A DNA stretch of 63,762 nucleotides, filler included, from Octopus bimaculoides (lineage: Eukaryota), in assembly GCF_001194135.2 (NCBI RefSeq). It is 6 parts of 4 records of this genome, joined end to end, with 100 filler letters (N's around TTAATTAATTAA, not from the genome) between each part and the next. Parts side by side here need not be neighbours in the genome. Positions count along the whole stretch, not along the records: positions 23,301 to 37,839 come from NC_068982.1; positions 37,940 to 46,404 come from NC_068988.1; 4 more parts are not named here. The stretch is one strand, 5' to 3'. The first letter of the stretch is position 1. Every line of letters begins with the position of its first letter. The translations under genes were made by a program, and so were the position numbers. The notes beneath the pieces were generated by a model. That model saw only the letters and a list, made by a program, of their open reading frames with translations. It did no database searches and was not told the origin of the DNA. Below, piece after piece: positions 25,585-38,815 of this stretch.

Positions 25585-26414
25585 NNNNNNNNNNNNNNNN
25601 NNNNNNNNNNNNNNNNNNNNNNNNNNNNNNNNNNNNNNNNNNNNNNNNNNNNNNNNNNNNNNNNNNNNNNNNNNNNNNNNNNNNNNNNNNNNNNNNNNNN
25701 NNNNNNNNNNNNNNNNNNNNNNNNNNNNNNNNNNNNNNNNNNNNNNNNNNNNNNNNNNNNNNNNNNNNNNNNNNNNNNNNNNNNNNNNNNNNNNNNNNNN
25801 NNNNNNNNNNNNNNNNNNNNNNNNNNNNNNNNNNNNNNNNNNNNNNNNNNNNNNNNNNNNNNNNNNNNNNNNNNNNNNNNNNNNNNNNNNNNNNNNNNNN
25901 NNNNNNNNNNNNNNNNNNNNNNNNNNNNNNNNNNNNNNNNNNNNNNNNNNNNNNNNNNNNNNNNNNNNNNNNNNNNNNNNNNNNNNNNNNNNNNNNNNNN
26001 NNNNNNNNNNNNNNNNNNNNNNNNNNNNNNNNNNNNNNNNNNNNNNNNNNNNNNNNNNNNNNNNNNNNNNNNNNNNNNNNNNNNNNNNNNNNNNNNNNNN
26101 NNNNNNNNNNNNNNNNNNNNNNNNNNNNNNNNNNNNNNNNNNNNNNNNNNNNNNNNNNNNNNNNNNNNNNNNNNNNNNNNNNNNNNNNNNNNNNNNNNNN
26201 NNNNNNNNNNNNNNNNNNNNNNNNNNNNNNNNNNNNNNNNNNNNNNNNNNNNNNNNNNNNNNNNNNNNNNNNNNNNNNNNNNNNNNNNNNNNNNNNNNNN
26301 NNNNNNNNNNNNNNNNNNNNNNNNNNNNNNNNNNNNNNNNNNNNNNNNNNNNNNNNNNNNNNNNNNNNNNNNNNNNNNNNNNNNNNNNNNNNNNNNNNNN
26401 NNNNNNNNNNNNNN

Positions 26415-26458
<44 letters not shown>

Positions 26459-27261
26459 CTTTCCTTAAACGCATCTACCTGTACTGTGTTGCTTTCTTCT
26501 GCTACCTATGTGTACATATCTATCTATCTATCTATTTATCTATCTATGTCTATCTATCTATCTATCTATTTATCTATGTCTATCTATCTATCTATCTATG
26601 TCTATCTATCTATCTATCTATCATATTCTATCTTATGTTATTCTATCCACCTTTACGCTCACTCCCTCTCTAGACGTGTTTACAACCCACTTGCTTCCTC
26701 TCTCTTCATTGTTTCGTTTTTACTAAAGTTCTTTGACACAATTACTCATTCAGCTTCTTTCCCCCCACCCCCGTCCACCGCCACCGCCACCGCCACCGCC
26801 CCCCTCNNNNNNNNNNNNNNNNNNNNNNNNNNNNNNNNNNNNNNNNNNNNNNNNNNNNNNNNNNNNNNNNNNNNNNNNNNNNNNNNNNNNNNNNNNNNNN
26901 NNNNNNNNNNNNNNNNNNNNNNNNNNNNNNNNNNNNNNNNNNNNNNNNNNNNNNNNNNNNNNNNNNNNNNNNNNNNNNNNNNNNNNNNNNNNNNNNNNNN
27001 NNNNNNNNNNNNNNNNNNNNNNNNNNNNNNNNNNNNNNNNNNNNNNNNNNNNNNNNNNNNNNNNNNNNNNNNNNNNNNNNNNNNNNNNNNNNNNNNNNNN
27101 NNNNNNNNNNNNNNNNNNNNNNNNNNNNNNNNNNNNNNNNNNNNNNNNNNNNNNNNNNNNNNNNNNNNNNNNTACACCTTAAATCCCATCGTTTCATTCA
27201 TGACAAAGAAAACTTCCCTTCCCACAAACTACACGAAAAATTAGGGGCAACACCAGCAGCC

Positions 27262-27318
27262 GCCACTGCCGCCACTGCCGCCACTGCCGCCACTGCCGCC
27301 ACTGCCGCCACTGCCGCC
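27262..27318. repeat. GC-rich 9-mer tandem (GCCGCCACT)n, about 6 copies
   Basis: Read directly. Confidence 0.9.
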
Positions 27319-28072
27319 GAAGCAAGAACAGCAGCAGTAGTAGTAGTGATAGTAATGGCAGTGGTAGTGGCAGCAGCAATTGAAGTTCCCCTTGAAATGA
27401 TGAATCTACCCGTGTCAAAGAGAGAAAATAGGGAAAGTAGTTCACGTTTTAGGGGTTTGTTATATTAGTGGTAGTGACGGAGATAGTGACACGTGGTGGT
27501 GGTGGTATCGGTAGTGGTGGCACTAGTAGCAATGGTGGTAGTGGTGTTGATATTAGTTGTGTGAAATGTATTGGTGATACGGGTGATGGTGGCAGCAACA
27601 GTAGTAGTGGTAGTGGTGCTGATGTCGATGGAGGTGTTAGTTGTCGTAGTCGTAGTAGTTGTTGTGGTACTGGTTGTAGTAGTAGTGTCGTTGTCGTAGT
27701 TGTAGTAGTGAAGGTGGTGGTGGTGGTGATTTGTGATAGCAGCGTTGTTAATGGGAGTAATATAGATGCACGACATTGTGTGTGGCGGTAATGTTGTGGC
27801 TCCAGGTCTGTCCTGATGAAGTGGACTTGTGATTGTCATGGTTCTATTTTGCCAGGCAAATGATTTGATCTAAGACACCGTCTGGTTGAAACTAAAACAA
27901 TTACAGTGAGGAAGACACATTGATTTCAAACTATGGCACAAACACAGCAGTTTCCGTGGAGAGAGCTAAGTCGATTACATCGATCCAGGTGCTCAACTGG
28001 TATTTACTCTATCCACCCCGACAGATGGAAAGCAAAGTCAACGTCGGTAGAATAGTTCAATTAAGCACGTAA

Positions 28073-28459
28073 TGTTATGTTGGCACTCCGTCGCTTACGA
28101 CGTCGAGGGTTCCAGTTGCTCCGATCAACGGAACGGCCTGCTCGTGAAATTAACGTGCAAGTGACTGAGCACTCCACAGACACGTGTACCCTTAACGTAG
28201 TTCTCGTGGAGATTCAGCGTGACACAGCGTGACAAGGCTGACTCTTTGAATTACAGGGACAACAGAAACAGGAAGTAAGAGTGAGAGAAAGTTGTGGTGA
28301 AAGAGTACAGCAGGGTTCGCCACCATCCCCTGCCGGAGCCTCGTGGAGCTTTAGGTACTTTCACTCAATAAACACTCACAACACCCGGTCTGGGAATCGA
28401 AACCGCGATCCTATGACCGCGAGTCCGCTGCCCTAACCACTGGGCCATTGCGCCTCCAC
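28073..28459 (-). mobile_element. Full-length SINE family C nested in a family-A SINE, 11-bp TSD
   Basis: TSD TAAGCACGTAA at 28062-28072 and 28460-28470; family-A sequence continues on both sides. Confidence 0.92.
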
Positions 28460-28559
28460 TAAGCACGTAAAGACGGACGAAATACCACTAAGCATTTTGT
28501 CCGATATGCTAGCGATTCTGTCAGTTCGGCGCCTTACAAGCGTGGAAGACATATTGGTT

Positions 28560-28772
28560 TCATATTTTGGCAGAAGGTCAGTAATTCTGGGAGAGGGAGT
28601 AAGTCGATTACATCGACCCCAGTGCTCAACTGGTACTTATATTATCGACGCCGCAACAATGAAAGGTAAAATCGACCTCGGTGGAATATTTCAACTCTGA
28701 ATGTAAAGACGGACAAACTGCCGCTAAAGATTTTGCCCAGCGTACTAACAATTCTGCCAGCTCGCTGCCTTA
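28560..28772 (-). mobile_element. SINE family A
   Basis: Reverse complement of A, ending at ctgccagctcgctgcctt. Confidence 0.85.
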
Positions 28773-29019
28773 AAGGAAGACATTAACGATTCAAATATTC
28801 AATAAAGGGTTAACTTCACTTAAACATTTATTATTTGGTATCAAAATTTTTGTCGCACCAACTACGACCTGGTTGATCACCGAAACAGGATGTGGTGGAA
28901 TCGTGTGAATGTCCAGGTCGCAGTTGGTGCGAAGAACATTATGACACGAAATAATAAATGTGTAAGTAAAGTTAACATTTTACTGAATATTTGAATGGTT
29001 AAAACGTCTTCCACATTTG

Positions 29020-29240
29020 TAAAGCGGTGAGCTGGCAGAATCGTTTGTACGCCGGACAAAATGCTTAGCGGCATTTCATCCGTCTTTACTTCTGAGTTCA
29101 AATTCCACCGAGGTCGAGTTTGCTTTCCATCCTTTCGGAATCGATATTAATAAGTATCAGTTGAGCACTGGGGTCAATGTAATCGACTGACCCCAACTCC
29201 CGAAATTGCTGGCCTTGTGCCAAAATTTAAAACCAATATG
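29020..29240 (+). mobile_element. SINE family A
   Basis: aagcggtgagctggcagaatcg...gagttcaaattcc...ccaaaatttaaaacc. Confidence 0.85.
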
Positions 29241-30869
29241 TCTTCCACACTGTAATTATAACAGCTTTGATAATATCAACACTATTTGAGACATTCCGCC
29301 TTTTTTCTTCTTCAAACATTATGTACTACCGAAGCTATAGTAGAAGACACTTGCCAAAATACCATGCAGTGGGACTGAACTTGGAACCATGTGGTTGGGA
29401 AGCAAGCTTCTTACACACAGCCACGACTATACGTCTAACAATACATTTTTTTAAATGTATTTCTCTTAAGGCGGTAGGTTTGGATTTGAGGTGAATTTGG
29501 CTGGCAAAAGAGGCAATTGTCCTCATCACATATTTGGCGGATGTGGGTAGGATTTGACTCTCTTTTCTGAGGCAAGTTTTATTAGAATTTGAGGCTTGTT
29601 CGATGATTTTCCTTTTTTTCAGTATTTACCATAGCTTGCATGATTTGGTATGACCAAAGCTTTTAATAAATTTAGAAAAAACTGTGGTGCGGTAGCAACT
29701 AACACTAACATGCCAGTCTTTATGTATAACAGTTAACATTCACAACCATCTATTTATCACACTTAAACACAGTGCGTCCATAAGAGATAACGTCTCTGGT
29801 TGAATACCGCAGTAAGTTTCCCGTCAACGATGTATTTACATTGAGTATGAAACATAGATGTCTATTTTAATTTAATATTGCTTATATTGCATACAATGGA
29901 TTTTATTCACCCGAGCGGCTATTCGCTGCATCGGTGAATGCTCTATTCACTGTTTCGTATATATCGGAGGCGATAAATCTTCTCTAATCATATAGCTGGC
30001 TGTGATTACATGGCACTGATAAGGCCCAAATATCCCGCAATGTATATGGCGCTCACGCTAGTTGTTAGTGGGATGGGACAACTTTCGTCTTTCTCTGGTA
30101 TATATTGTTTCTAAACACAGCACATCCATAAGAGATGTTATCTTTGGACGAATACTGCAGTAACTTCCCTTTTAACGATGCATCAACATTAAGTTTGATA
30201 GCAATTTTAGGTAGCTATTTTAATCTAATATTGCTTCTATTGCGTATAACAGATTCAGCATTTATATATCTAAGTAATTTCAGTGAAACATTTATGTATT
30301 TGTGTTTATGCTTAACCGATCGGGTTTTTTTTTTTTTTTTGGCATTTAACCTTTATTTATATGTTTATGTGACTTGTCAATTCCTATTAAAACAATAACC
30401 GGACTTTGATGGCTAAATTTGGTGATTTGACGTGTATTCTAATTTTTGTATGAAGTGCATTGGATACCAGGATGTCTAAAGCAGGCCTTGCGCAATGATA
30501 GGCCCGTGAGGATTAGAAAGTTTGTTGACAAAGCACCATGTTGAATAAACTCAAATTGGTTTCAAACTTTGTATATTTGTTCAGAATTTTGGTAAAGAAA
30601 ATAGATTTACACGGATGTAAACATTTTACTTTCGCATTGACAAGAAAAAAAAAAAGAAAAAAAAGTTTGGCAGGATATTTCACTAATATTTTTATGGGGT
30701 GGAGTGTGTGTGATGGAAATAGGGGTTCTGGGTAATAATTGTCAGTTTGAGACTCACTGGAATAGTGGCACGTTCCGCTGGCAGGAAGTGATGATGATTG
30801 TTAACGTGAAGGTGGACGGGTGGTGTAATAGCGACAGATATTGCTGGCTGTCACAATCTTTCAGTTCGT

Positions 30870-31095
30870 CAAGGCGGTGAGCTGGCAGAAACGTTAGCAC
30901 ACCGGGCGAAATGCTTAGCGGTATTTCGTTCTGAGTTCAAATTCCGCCGAGGTCGACTTTTCTTTCATCCTTTCGAGGTCGATTAAATAAATATCAGTTA
31001 CGCACTGGGGTCGCTGTAATCGACTTAATCAGTTTGTCTGTCCTTGTTTGTCCCCTCTGTGTGTCGTCTCTTGTGGGCAGTAGTGAAATAAGAAT
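30870..31095 (+). mobile_element. SINE family A, long-tail variant
   Basis: aaggcggtgagctggcagaaacgttagc...tttgtctgtccttgtttgtcccctc...gaaataag. Confidence 0.85.
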
Positions 31096-31846
31096 ATAAG
31101 AGACAGAGAGGTGGAAAGAAGAGATAGAAAAGGAGAGATAATAGATCTCTCAGTATTCTTTTCCTTTATCTTTTTCTTCTTTCCTTCCTACCTTTCCTTC
31201 TCTGTCTCTCTCTGCCTTCGATCTTCCATTTCTCCACTATTTCCTTCCTCTATTCCACCATCCATTTCTTTCTTTCTTTCTTTACTTTCTTTCATAATTC
31301 TTTTTCCTCCCTTGCTTCCTTTCAACATTCCTTCGCAGAATTATTAATAAAGTTTTCGATGTACGCTTTTGTTTTGTTTTTCTTCTTTACTGTTTCTAAG
31401 TGTCGTTCATTTACTTCTGAAGTCGATAATGACAAACATGTGGGGTGGTAAGATAAGTAAAGCGTCGGGTATAGATGAGTACAAGTATAGAAGGAAATAA
31501 GGGGTAGAGAGGAACGAGCTACATCTTGTAAGAAGCAGTGATAAAGGGGGTTCGCATTGCCAGATGATGTTTCACATCTATACTCGACCAGGCATGCAGA
31601 AAGAAATAACAACAGATATATATATATATATATAAAAACAAACGAAAAATCAAATAAAACATCAGCTAGTTAGTTGACTCGTGTGTATTACGAGTGTCAG
31701 TGGGTACTCTCTCGGTTCGGGTAGATGCGCTGCGAAGTGTGGTAGAGTGAAAGCGAAAGCGAATTTCAACCTCGATCGTACCCTACAATAACTGCGTCAC
31801 CCACCAAAGCACAAGAACGTGTAATGTTGGTCTGCTTTGCAAACAG

Positions 31847-31848
<2 letters not shown>

Positions 31849-31944
<96 letters not shown>
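31849..31944. repeat. (TG)n microsatellite
   Basis: Read directly. Confidence 0.95.
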
Positions 31945-31945
<1 letters not shown>

Positions 31946-32288
31946 GAAGTATGCGTATTTGTCGTATGTATTCGTGAAATGGGCTTGCGTGTATGTGTAT
32001 GCGTGTGTCTGAGTTTGTGGTTGTGTATTGTGTGTGGAGATATATATATATATATATATATATATAGAAAGATAGGGGGTAGTGAGGAAAGCGAAGAGGA
32101 GAGAAGTCATTAGGAGTGTGCTACGTAATACTATCTCTAAGAAAGAGAAAACTCAATACGATGTAGAGTCATATCATTTATTTATTGCGAGAATTGAAAG
32201 GTTCAACGATTCACAGTGACCTGCGGTTTCACCCCGGCCCAGCTTAAAATCGCTAGCCACTGTGAGGTATTGAACCATACAATTCCCA

Positions 32289-32341
<53 letters not shown>

Positions 32342-32659
32342 TATATATATGCATATATCTACCTATGTATGTATGTATGTATGTTTCTATATATGTATAA
32401 TAGCATGCTTAAAAATTCTCTTTGCTCCAACATCTGAAATTTTGGGTGAGAGAGAAAGAGAGTGACATCGTTCATAATACTTGACTGGGGCTGTATTTTG
32501 TTAACACCGACAGAATGAAAAAACGAAAATTAACCCCTCGGTGAGAACGTAAAAAGACAGAAGCAATAGCACACTACATTTTCCCGACGTCCTAACGATT
32601 CTTACTTTTGATATACGATATCGCGAGATACAATATTGAAGATGAAAAATATTCAATAA

Positions 32660-33063
32660 GGCGTAGGAGTGGCTGTGTAGTAAGTAGCTTGCTTACGAAC
32701 CACATGGATCCGGGTTCAGTCCCATTGCGTGGCACCTTGGGCAAGTGTATTCTACTATAGCCTCGGGCTGATCAAAGCCTTGTGAGTGGATTTGGTAGAC
32801 GGAAACTGAAAGAAGCCCGTCGTATATATGTATGGGTGTGTATATGTTTGTATGTCCGTGTTTGTTCCCCGCCCAACATCGCTTGACAACCGATGCTGGT
32901 GTGTTTACGTCCCCGTAACTTAGCGGTTCGGCAAAAGAGACCGATAGAATAAGTACTAGGCTATAGAATTAGTCCTGAGGTCGATTTTCTCGACTAAAGG
33001 CAGTGCTCCAGCATGGCCACAGTCACATGACTGAAACAAATAAAAGAGTAAGAGTAAAGAGTA
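32660..33063 (+). mobile_element. Full-length SINE family B (about 400 bp) with internal TA/TG tract
   Basis: ggcgtaggagtggctgtgtagtaagtagc...ggcaccttgggcaagtg...gacggaaactgaaagaagcccgtcg...gactgaaacaaataaaagagtaagagtaaagag. Confidence 0.92.
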
Positions 33064-33369
33064 TTGAGGGAATTTTTCTAAGCCAAGACAGTTTACTTTG
33101 TAGCGTCTAACAAAAAAACAAAACAAAACAAAAGAACGAAAAAGTGGAAAAGGAGGCAGAAAGCGTATTAGGAATGAAAATGTAGTTAAGACAGAGTAAG
33201 TGTAAAATGTAAAAGGCATTTTTTTTTCTTAAACATGAGATATAGTTTAAAATATACGATGTTTTTGAAAGACACTATATTCTATAATAAGATTATATAT
33301 ACTTTCTCACACAACAATTCAAATATATTTATTTTAAATCATTTATGTGTTTTAAATCGTTCATCTTTC

Positions 33370-33999
33370 TCCCCCCCTCTCACTCTCACACACATGCACA
33401 TATAATACTTTGGGAGTGAAAGAGTTTTGTTTATATTTCACAACTATGAAACAAAAACGTATGTAACAATTTGTCAGTCACCCCCCCCCAACCCGTTTTT
33501 CGGACCACAAAAAGGGTTTTGTAATGTTTCAGATTAACAACCGCACGATTTCCACTAGGGTGTTACGGTTAGGGTTTTAGGGTTAGGGTTAGAGTTTTAC
33601 GATTAGGGTTAGTGTTAGGGTAACGGTTTTAGGGTCAGGGTTAGGGTTAGGGTTAACCTAGAAGGGACAGGCCCCTTATTTTTTGGTTAAGGCTGTTGGT
33701 AAGTTTTCCTAAGTTACTCCAATTCACATCCCCAATGCAAACCTTCAGATCAACCTTTTCCTATGCAGATCTCTAATGCAACTTTAAAAAAAAAACAGTC
33801 AATGAGTGGAAATAACCAATAAACTGATTCCTTATTGGATTTCCCAATTAAATTGCCAGCAAACCATTTTCAGCCAAACCAATTTCAACGGATTTCGCTC
33901 AAATCTGATGTGCATGTTACTTATTTTGGTTTGAAATAAAGCACTTGATCACTTAATAATCCTAGCTTAATCCCGAGCAGCGCCGGGCTATACTGCTAG
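33370..33999 (+). mobile_element. Non-autonomous Helitron (3' end clear, 5' end uncertain) carrying degenerate TTAGGG repeats
   Basis: Subterminal hairpin CCCG-agcagcgc-CGGG (33972-33987), then CTAG (33996-33999) followed by T, the Helitron 3' signature. Confidence 0.7.
33556..33654 (+). repeat. Interstitial telomere-like (TTAGGG)n, degenerate
   Basis: 8 perfect TTAGGG plus TTAGAG, TCAGGG and TTACGG variants. Confidence 0.9.
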
Positions 34000-34602
34000 T
34001 CCCCGATAACTACGTTAAAGGTACACGTGTATGTGGAATGCTCAGCCACTTGCACGTTAATTTCACGAGCAGGCTGTTCCGTTGATCGGATCAACTGGAA
34101 CCCTCGACGTCGTAAGCGACGGAGTGCCAACAACACCAACAGATGCTGTTAAAGACCATGTCTTACATTATTTTCTTCCAAAGGATTCCAAGTCTTGGTA
34201 TTGTGAGGATGTGGTCTTCCAAGCTTTCAATATTCTAATTTTTAGAGTGTTTGAATCTGGTCTTATCACGCTGAAAGTGAAGGTGCGTAGCTTAGTGGAT
34301 AGGTGTATTGGGTTAACGATCGTAAGGTCGTGATTTCGATTCCTTGTGGCGCGTTGTATCTTTGAGAAAGACACTTTATTTCACGTTGCTCCACTCCACT
34401 CAACTGGCAAAAATGAGCTATACCTGTAATTCAAAGGGTCAGCATTGTCACATTCCATGTCTCGCTGAATCTCCCTGAGAACTACGTTAAAGGTACGCGT
34501 GTCTGTGGAGCACTCAGCCGCTTGCGTGTTAATTTCACGAGCAGACTGTTCCGCTGATCGAATCAACTGGAACTCTCGTCGTCGTAAACGACGGAGTGTC
34601 AA
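34000..34602 (+). mobile_element. Family-C tail fragment (34000-34140) and a D-head/C-tail SINE (34279-34602)
   Basis: Both share the tail ...actacgttaaaggtac...actggaac...acggagtg; the second has the D head gtgcgtagcttagtgg. Confidence 0.85.
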
Positions 34603-35104
34603 TTTTTCATTTGTTTAATTTTCTTTTATCACGTTCGATCTTATGATCGGCACTCGGTCTGTTTGTTTCCTTTTATAAGTGATCTAAGGATATGCTCTGT
34701 CTGTAATACACATTGCCTTGATTTGAGCTGGGTTTTTTTATGGTGTTTTGTAGTGGATAAATGATATTGTGACACGGGTGTGGTGCGACTTGTTGAAGAG
34801 ACAAGTTTTCGCTATATAACATTTTTACTGTTTCTTGGCTTGTGTTGGATACAAATCTTTTATCAGTTTGGTACCCCAACCCACAAACAGTAGACTTGTG
34901 ATGTCCCCCTCATCTAAGCCCCAGTGGCAAATAAAAGAAATTATTATTATTATTATTATTGTTTCCTTGTTCAGTTGTTTGATGCTGAGTTTTATTTCGG
35001 TTGTGTGTGCTTCTGGAGTATTGTGTTTGATGTTGTCTCTGGTGTTTATGAGGTTGATTATTTTGGGTGCGAGTAATTAGAGTTGTATTTTTATATGTTG
35101 CCTT

Positions 35105-35152
<48 letters not shown>

Positions 35153-35376
35153 AGTGTATATATATATATATGTATATATATATTTCATATTCGTCTATGT
35201 AATTTTGCTAATGTGTGTGCTCCAGTGTCTGTATTAATGTCTGTGATGTTTTCGTTTTTTTCTTTCAATTATATAAAAAAAAAAATTGATTCTATTTCTA
35301 GGTAAACCTCGCTGCATTGTGCTTTTCTGAAGTTTATAAAAGTGTTTTTGCTTTCTTGAATGACGTCGGGGTGTTT

Positions 35377-35413
<37 letters not shown>

Positions 35414-35924
35414 GTCCTTGATAGTTGATCAGAGGAAAGTTTGGAACTGATTTCCTGGTGTTTGCGGGTGGCTGGAGGTAGCGATATTGATCAGAATGTG
35501 TTGTCAACGGAATAGTTGGTTTTTGTTGGTTTGATGATGTGTCTCTGTGTGTGTGTGTATGTGTGTGTGTGTAGGTATGGATTGCTTAGGATAGTAAGGG
35601 AGTTTCGGTATAATGAGATTACGTTGCCTCTTGTGTTATCTGTATAATTTGAAAACCAGGAGGCGTTGAGTGTATCGATGTATCTTTCACTGATGATGTT
35701 TATGGGATTGCAAAAAGTATTGAGGTTGGGGCGTGTTGTCTGATGGGATGGTTTATAAGGTTAATGGTTGTTATGTTAATGTGGTTAGTCTAGTACGCCA
35801 ACGCCAGTATTCGATTCTCAGAAGAGGAGGGATTATTAAAAGAAAAAAAACAAGAAGCCTAACACGCTATCTTCAATTCGGTTTTCGCGCTAATCCTTGC
35901 CGAACCGCTACTTCTCAATATTGA

Positions 35925-36140
35925 GAGATCAGAGCGCCGTTACTAAGGACATGTAATTAGAATGTTACAGAAAAGAATCGAAACATGGATTCTTCAAGCT
36001 AAATCAAATGGCAGGAGACCTTGGGGTAGGCCAAGAATGTCATGAATAATACTCACGGTCTTAGTTACACCTGGGAATCCTATTGGAAATTCTAATGAGC
36101 GTTGCTTCTGATAAGGAGGATGGAGGAGGTAAAAGACCCC
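35925..36140 (+). mobile_element. RTE-clade LINE 3' remnant
   Basis: Translates RY*GHVIRM...ILQAKSNGRRPWGRPR, the RTE C-terminal GHV.R...G.R..GRP motif. Confidence 0.6.
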
Positions 36141-36214
36141 CTTCGGTCATGAATGACCATGGGATTGCACTTCGAAAGTTACTCTCCGTGGCACAAGTCC
36201 AGGCAAGGTTGTTT

Positions 36215-36405
36215 ACCAGCCAACCCTCTTCACGCTACTGATACAAATTGGCACCAATGACTTTGCAACGCATTTCTACAGCTGAGTGAACTGGAGCAAC
36301 GTGAAATAAAGCGTCTTGCTCAAGAACGCAACAGGCAGCCCAGTCCGCGAATCGAACTCATCATCTCATGATTGTGAGCCCGACGCTTTAACCACTGAGC
36401 CATGG
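36215..36405 (-). mobile_element. SINE family D
   Basis: agctgagtgaactggagcaacgtgaaat...gaatcgaactc...aaccactgagccat. Confidence 0.8.
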
Positions 36406-37519
36406 GTCTATGGAGGAGTCACTTCTGGGGAATAATGGGATGAGAAAATGACTGGGTGGTTCGTGTTACCAGATTTAATTTTGAAGGCCTCCATTTGTGA
36501 TGCATTGTTTTTTTTTATATGTTGCAAGTAACGGCAAGACCTTTTGATTCCATAATCGTGTTTATAATGTTCGTGTTGCCATTACAGACGTATATGCTGA
36601 ATNNNNNNNNNNNNNNNNNNNNNNNNNNNNNNNNNNNNNNNNNNNNNNNNNNNNNNNNNNNNNNNNNNNNNNNNNNNNNNNNNNNNNNNNNNNNNNNNNN
36701 NNNNNNNNNNNNNNNNNNNNNNNNNNNNNNNNNNNNNNNNNNNNNNNNNNNNNNNNNNNNNNNNNNNNNNNNNNNNNNNNNNNNNNNNNNNNNNNNNNNN
36801 NNNNNNNNNNNNNNNNNNNNNNNNNNNNNNNNNNNNNNNNNNNNNNNNNNNNNNNNNNNNNNNNNNNNNNNNNNNNNNNNNNNNNNNNNNNNNNNNNNNN
36901 NNNNNNNNNNNNNNNNNNNNNNNNNNNNNNNNNNNNNNNNNNNNNNNNNNNNNNNNNNNNNNNNNNNNNNNNNNNNNNNNNNNNNNNNNNNNNNNNNNNN
37001 NNNNNNNNNNNNNNNNNNNNNNNNNNNNNNNNNNNNNNNNNNNNNNNNNNNNNNNNNNNNNNNNNNNNNNNNNNNNNNNNNNNNNNNNNNNNNNNNNNNN
37101 NNNNNNNNNNNNNNNNNNNNNNNNNNNNNNNNNNNNNNNNNNNNNNNNNNNNNNNNNNNNNNNNNNNNNNNNNNNNNNNNNNNNNNNNNNNNNNNNNNNN
37201 NNNNNNNNNNNNNNNNNNNNNNACATACATATAGACATAGACACATAAATACATGCATATACATGTATATGCATATCAGTAAAAATTGAATATGTAAATA
37301 TATTGATATGCATATAATTAGAACCTCATAAAAGGATGAGTTGTCTGGCGGTTCTTAGTCAACAAAGAAATAATAAATGATACGGTGAGAAACTAATTGA
37401 GGCAGAAAGTGAGTCAGAAGACAATAATCGGGGATGCAACTACGAACGACAACAAGTACAACAACAACAACAACAACAACAACAAACACTACTACTGCTG
37501 CTAATGGTAATAATCCTTT

Positions 37520-37697
37520 CTGCTAAAGGTACACGGTGTGGGGATTAGTCGATTACATTGACCCCCTAGTATTTCACTGGCACTTAATTTATCGACCCCG
37601 AAAAGGATGAAATGCAAAGTCCACTTCGGTGGAATTTCATCTCAGAACGTAGCGACAGAAGAAATACTGCTTAGTATTTCTGCCAGCTCGCCGCCTT
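37520..37697 (-). mobile_element. SINE family A followed by (AAT)n
   Basis: Reverse complement of A, ending tgccagctcgccgcctt. Confidence 0.8.
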
Positions 37698-37709
37698 AAT
37701 AATAACAAC

Positions 37710-37772
<63 letters not shown>

Positions 37773-38366
37773 GCCATGAACTGCTAACAAAACTTTACAA
37801 CGATGTTTTGCAAAATCCTAGTTTGATGCCCTCTTGGCTNNNNNNNNNNNNNNNNNNNNNNNNNNNNNNNNNNNNNNNNNNNNTTAATTAATTAANNNNN
37901 NNNNNNNNNNNNNNNNNNNNNNNNNNNNNNNNNNNNNNNTATACTTACACGCACACAAACACCTGCGTAGAGTGACTGGGAGGACGAGAGAGACATGGAG
38001 AGAGAAACGGAGAGGAGAAGAGAAACAGAGGACGGCGTAAGTTAAAGGGAAGTAAAGAGACATTGATGCCGGGTTACGTATCTCATTCCTACAGGTGTGC
38101 ATTATGAGAGTGTATATGCGCGATGTGTGTATATATATTTATATGCTTATATGTATAAATACTTGGATGTCAATACATATAGACATATGATTATTATGTA
38201 ACAATCTTCCCATCTATTATGTTATTCATATTCATCAATCGATCAATCTCTCTCCGTTGTCATCTGTCTATCTGTCTTTCTCTCTGTCTATCTACCTACT
38301 GATATATATATATATATATATATACATATACATACATACATATAAATATATATATATATGTATATA

Positions 38367-38426
<60 letters not shown>

Positions 38427-38618
38427 CATGTATGTATATACACAAGTAAACATTCACACGTACGTTTCAATATCTATCTCTAAATATATCCATATATCTA
38501 TTAAGCAATCTGCCTACCTATGTACCTATGTATGTATGTATGTATGCATGTATGTATGTATGGATGGATGGATGGAAGAATGGATGTATATATCTATCTA
38601 TCTACCTATCTCTCTTTC

Positions 38619-38653
<35 letters not shown>

Positions 38654-38752
38654 GTAGATATGTATATATATATGTATACATATAAATAACTGTATGTATA
38701 TATATATATATATATATATGCTTGTACGTATATATATATATANNNNNNNNNN

Positions 38753-38815
<63 letters not shown>

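Noticed and set aside
33556-33654. True telomere or chromosome fusion site
   Set aside because: Short, degenerate, single orientation and embedded in a Helitron-like element.
34660-34950. Possible LINE or SINE 3' end before (ATT)n
   Set aside because: Weak resemblance to both an R4 C-terminus (minus) and a SINE-A tail (plus); orientation and family are unresolved.
35410-35750. Possible AP-endonuclease remnant on minus
   Set aside because: Too degraded for any diagnostic motif.
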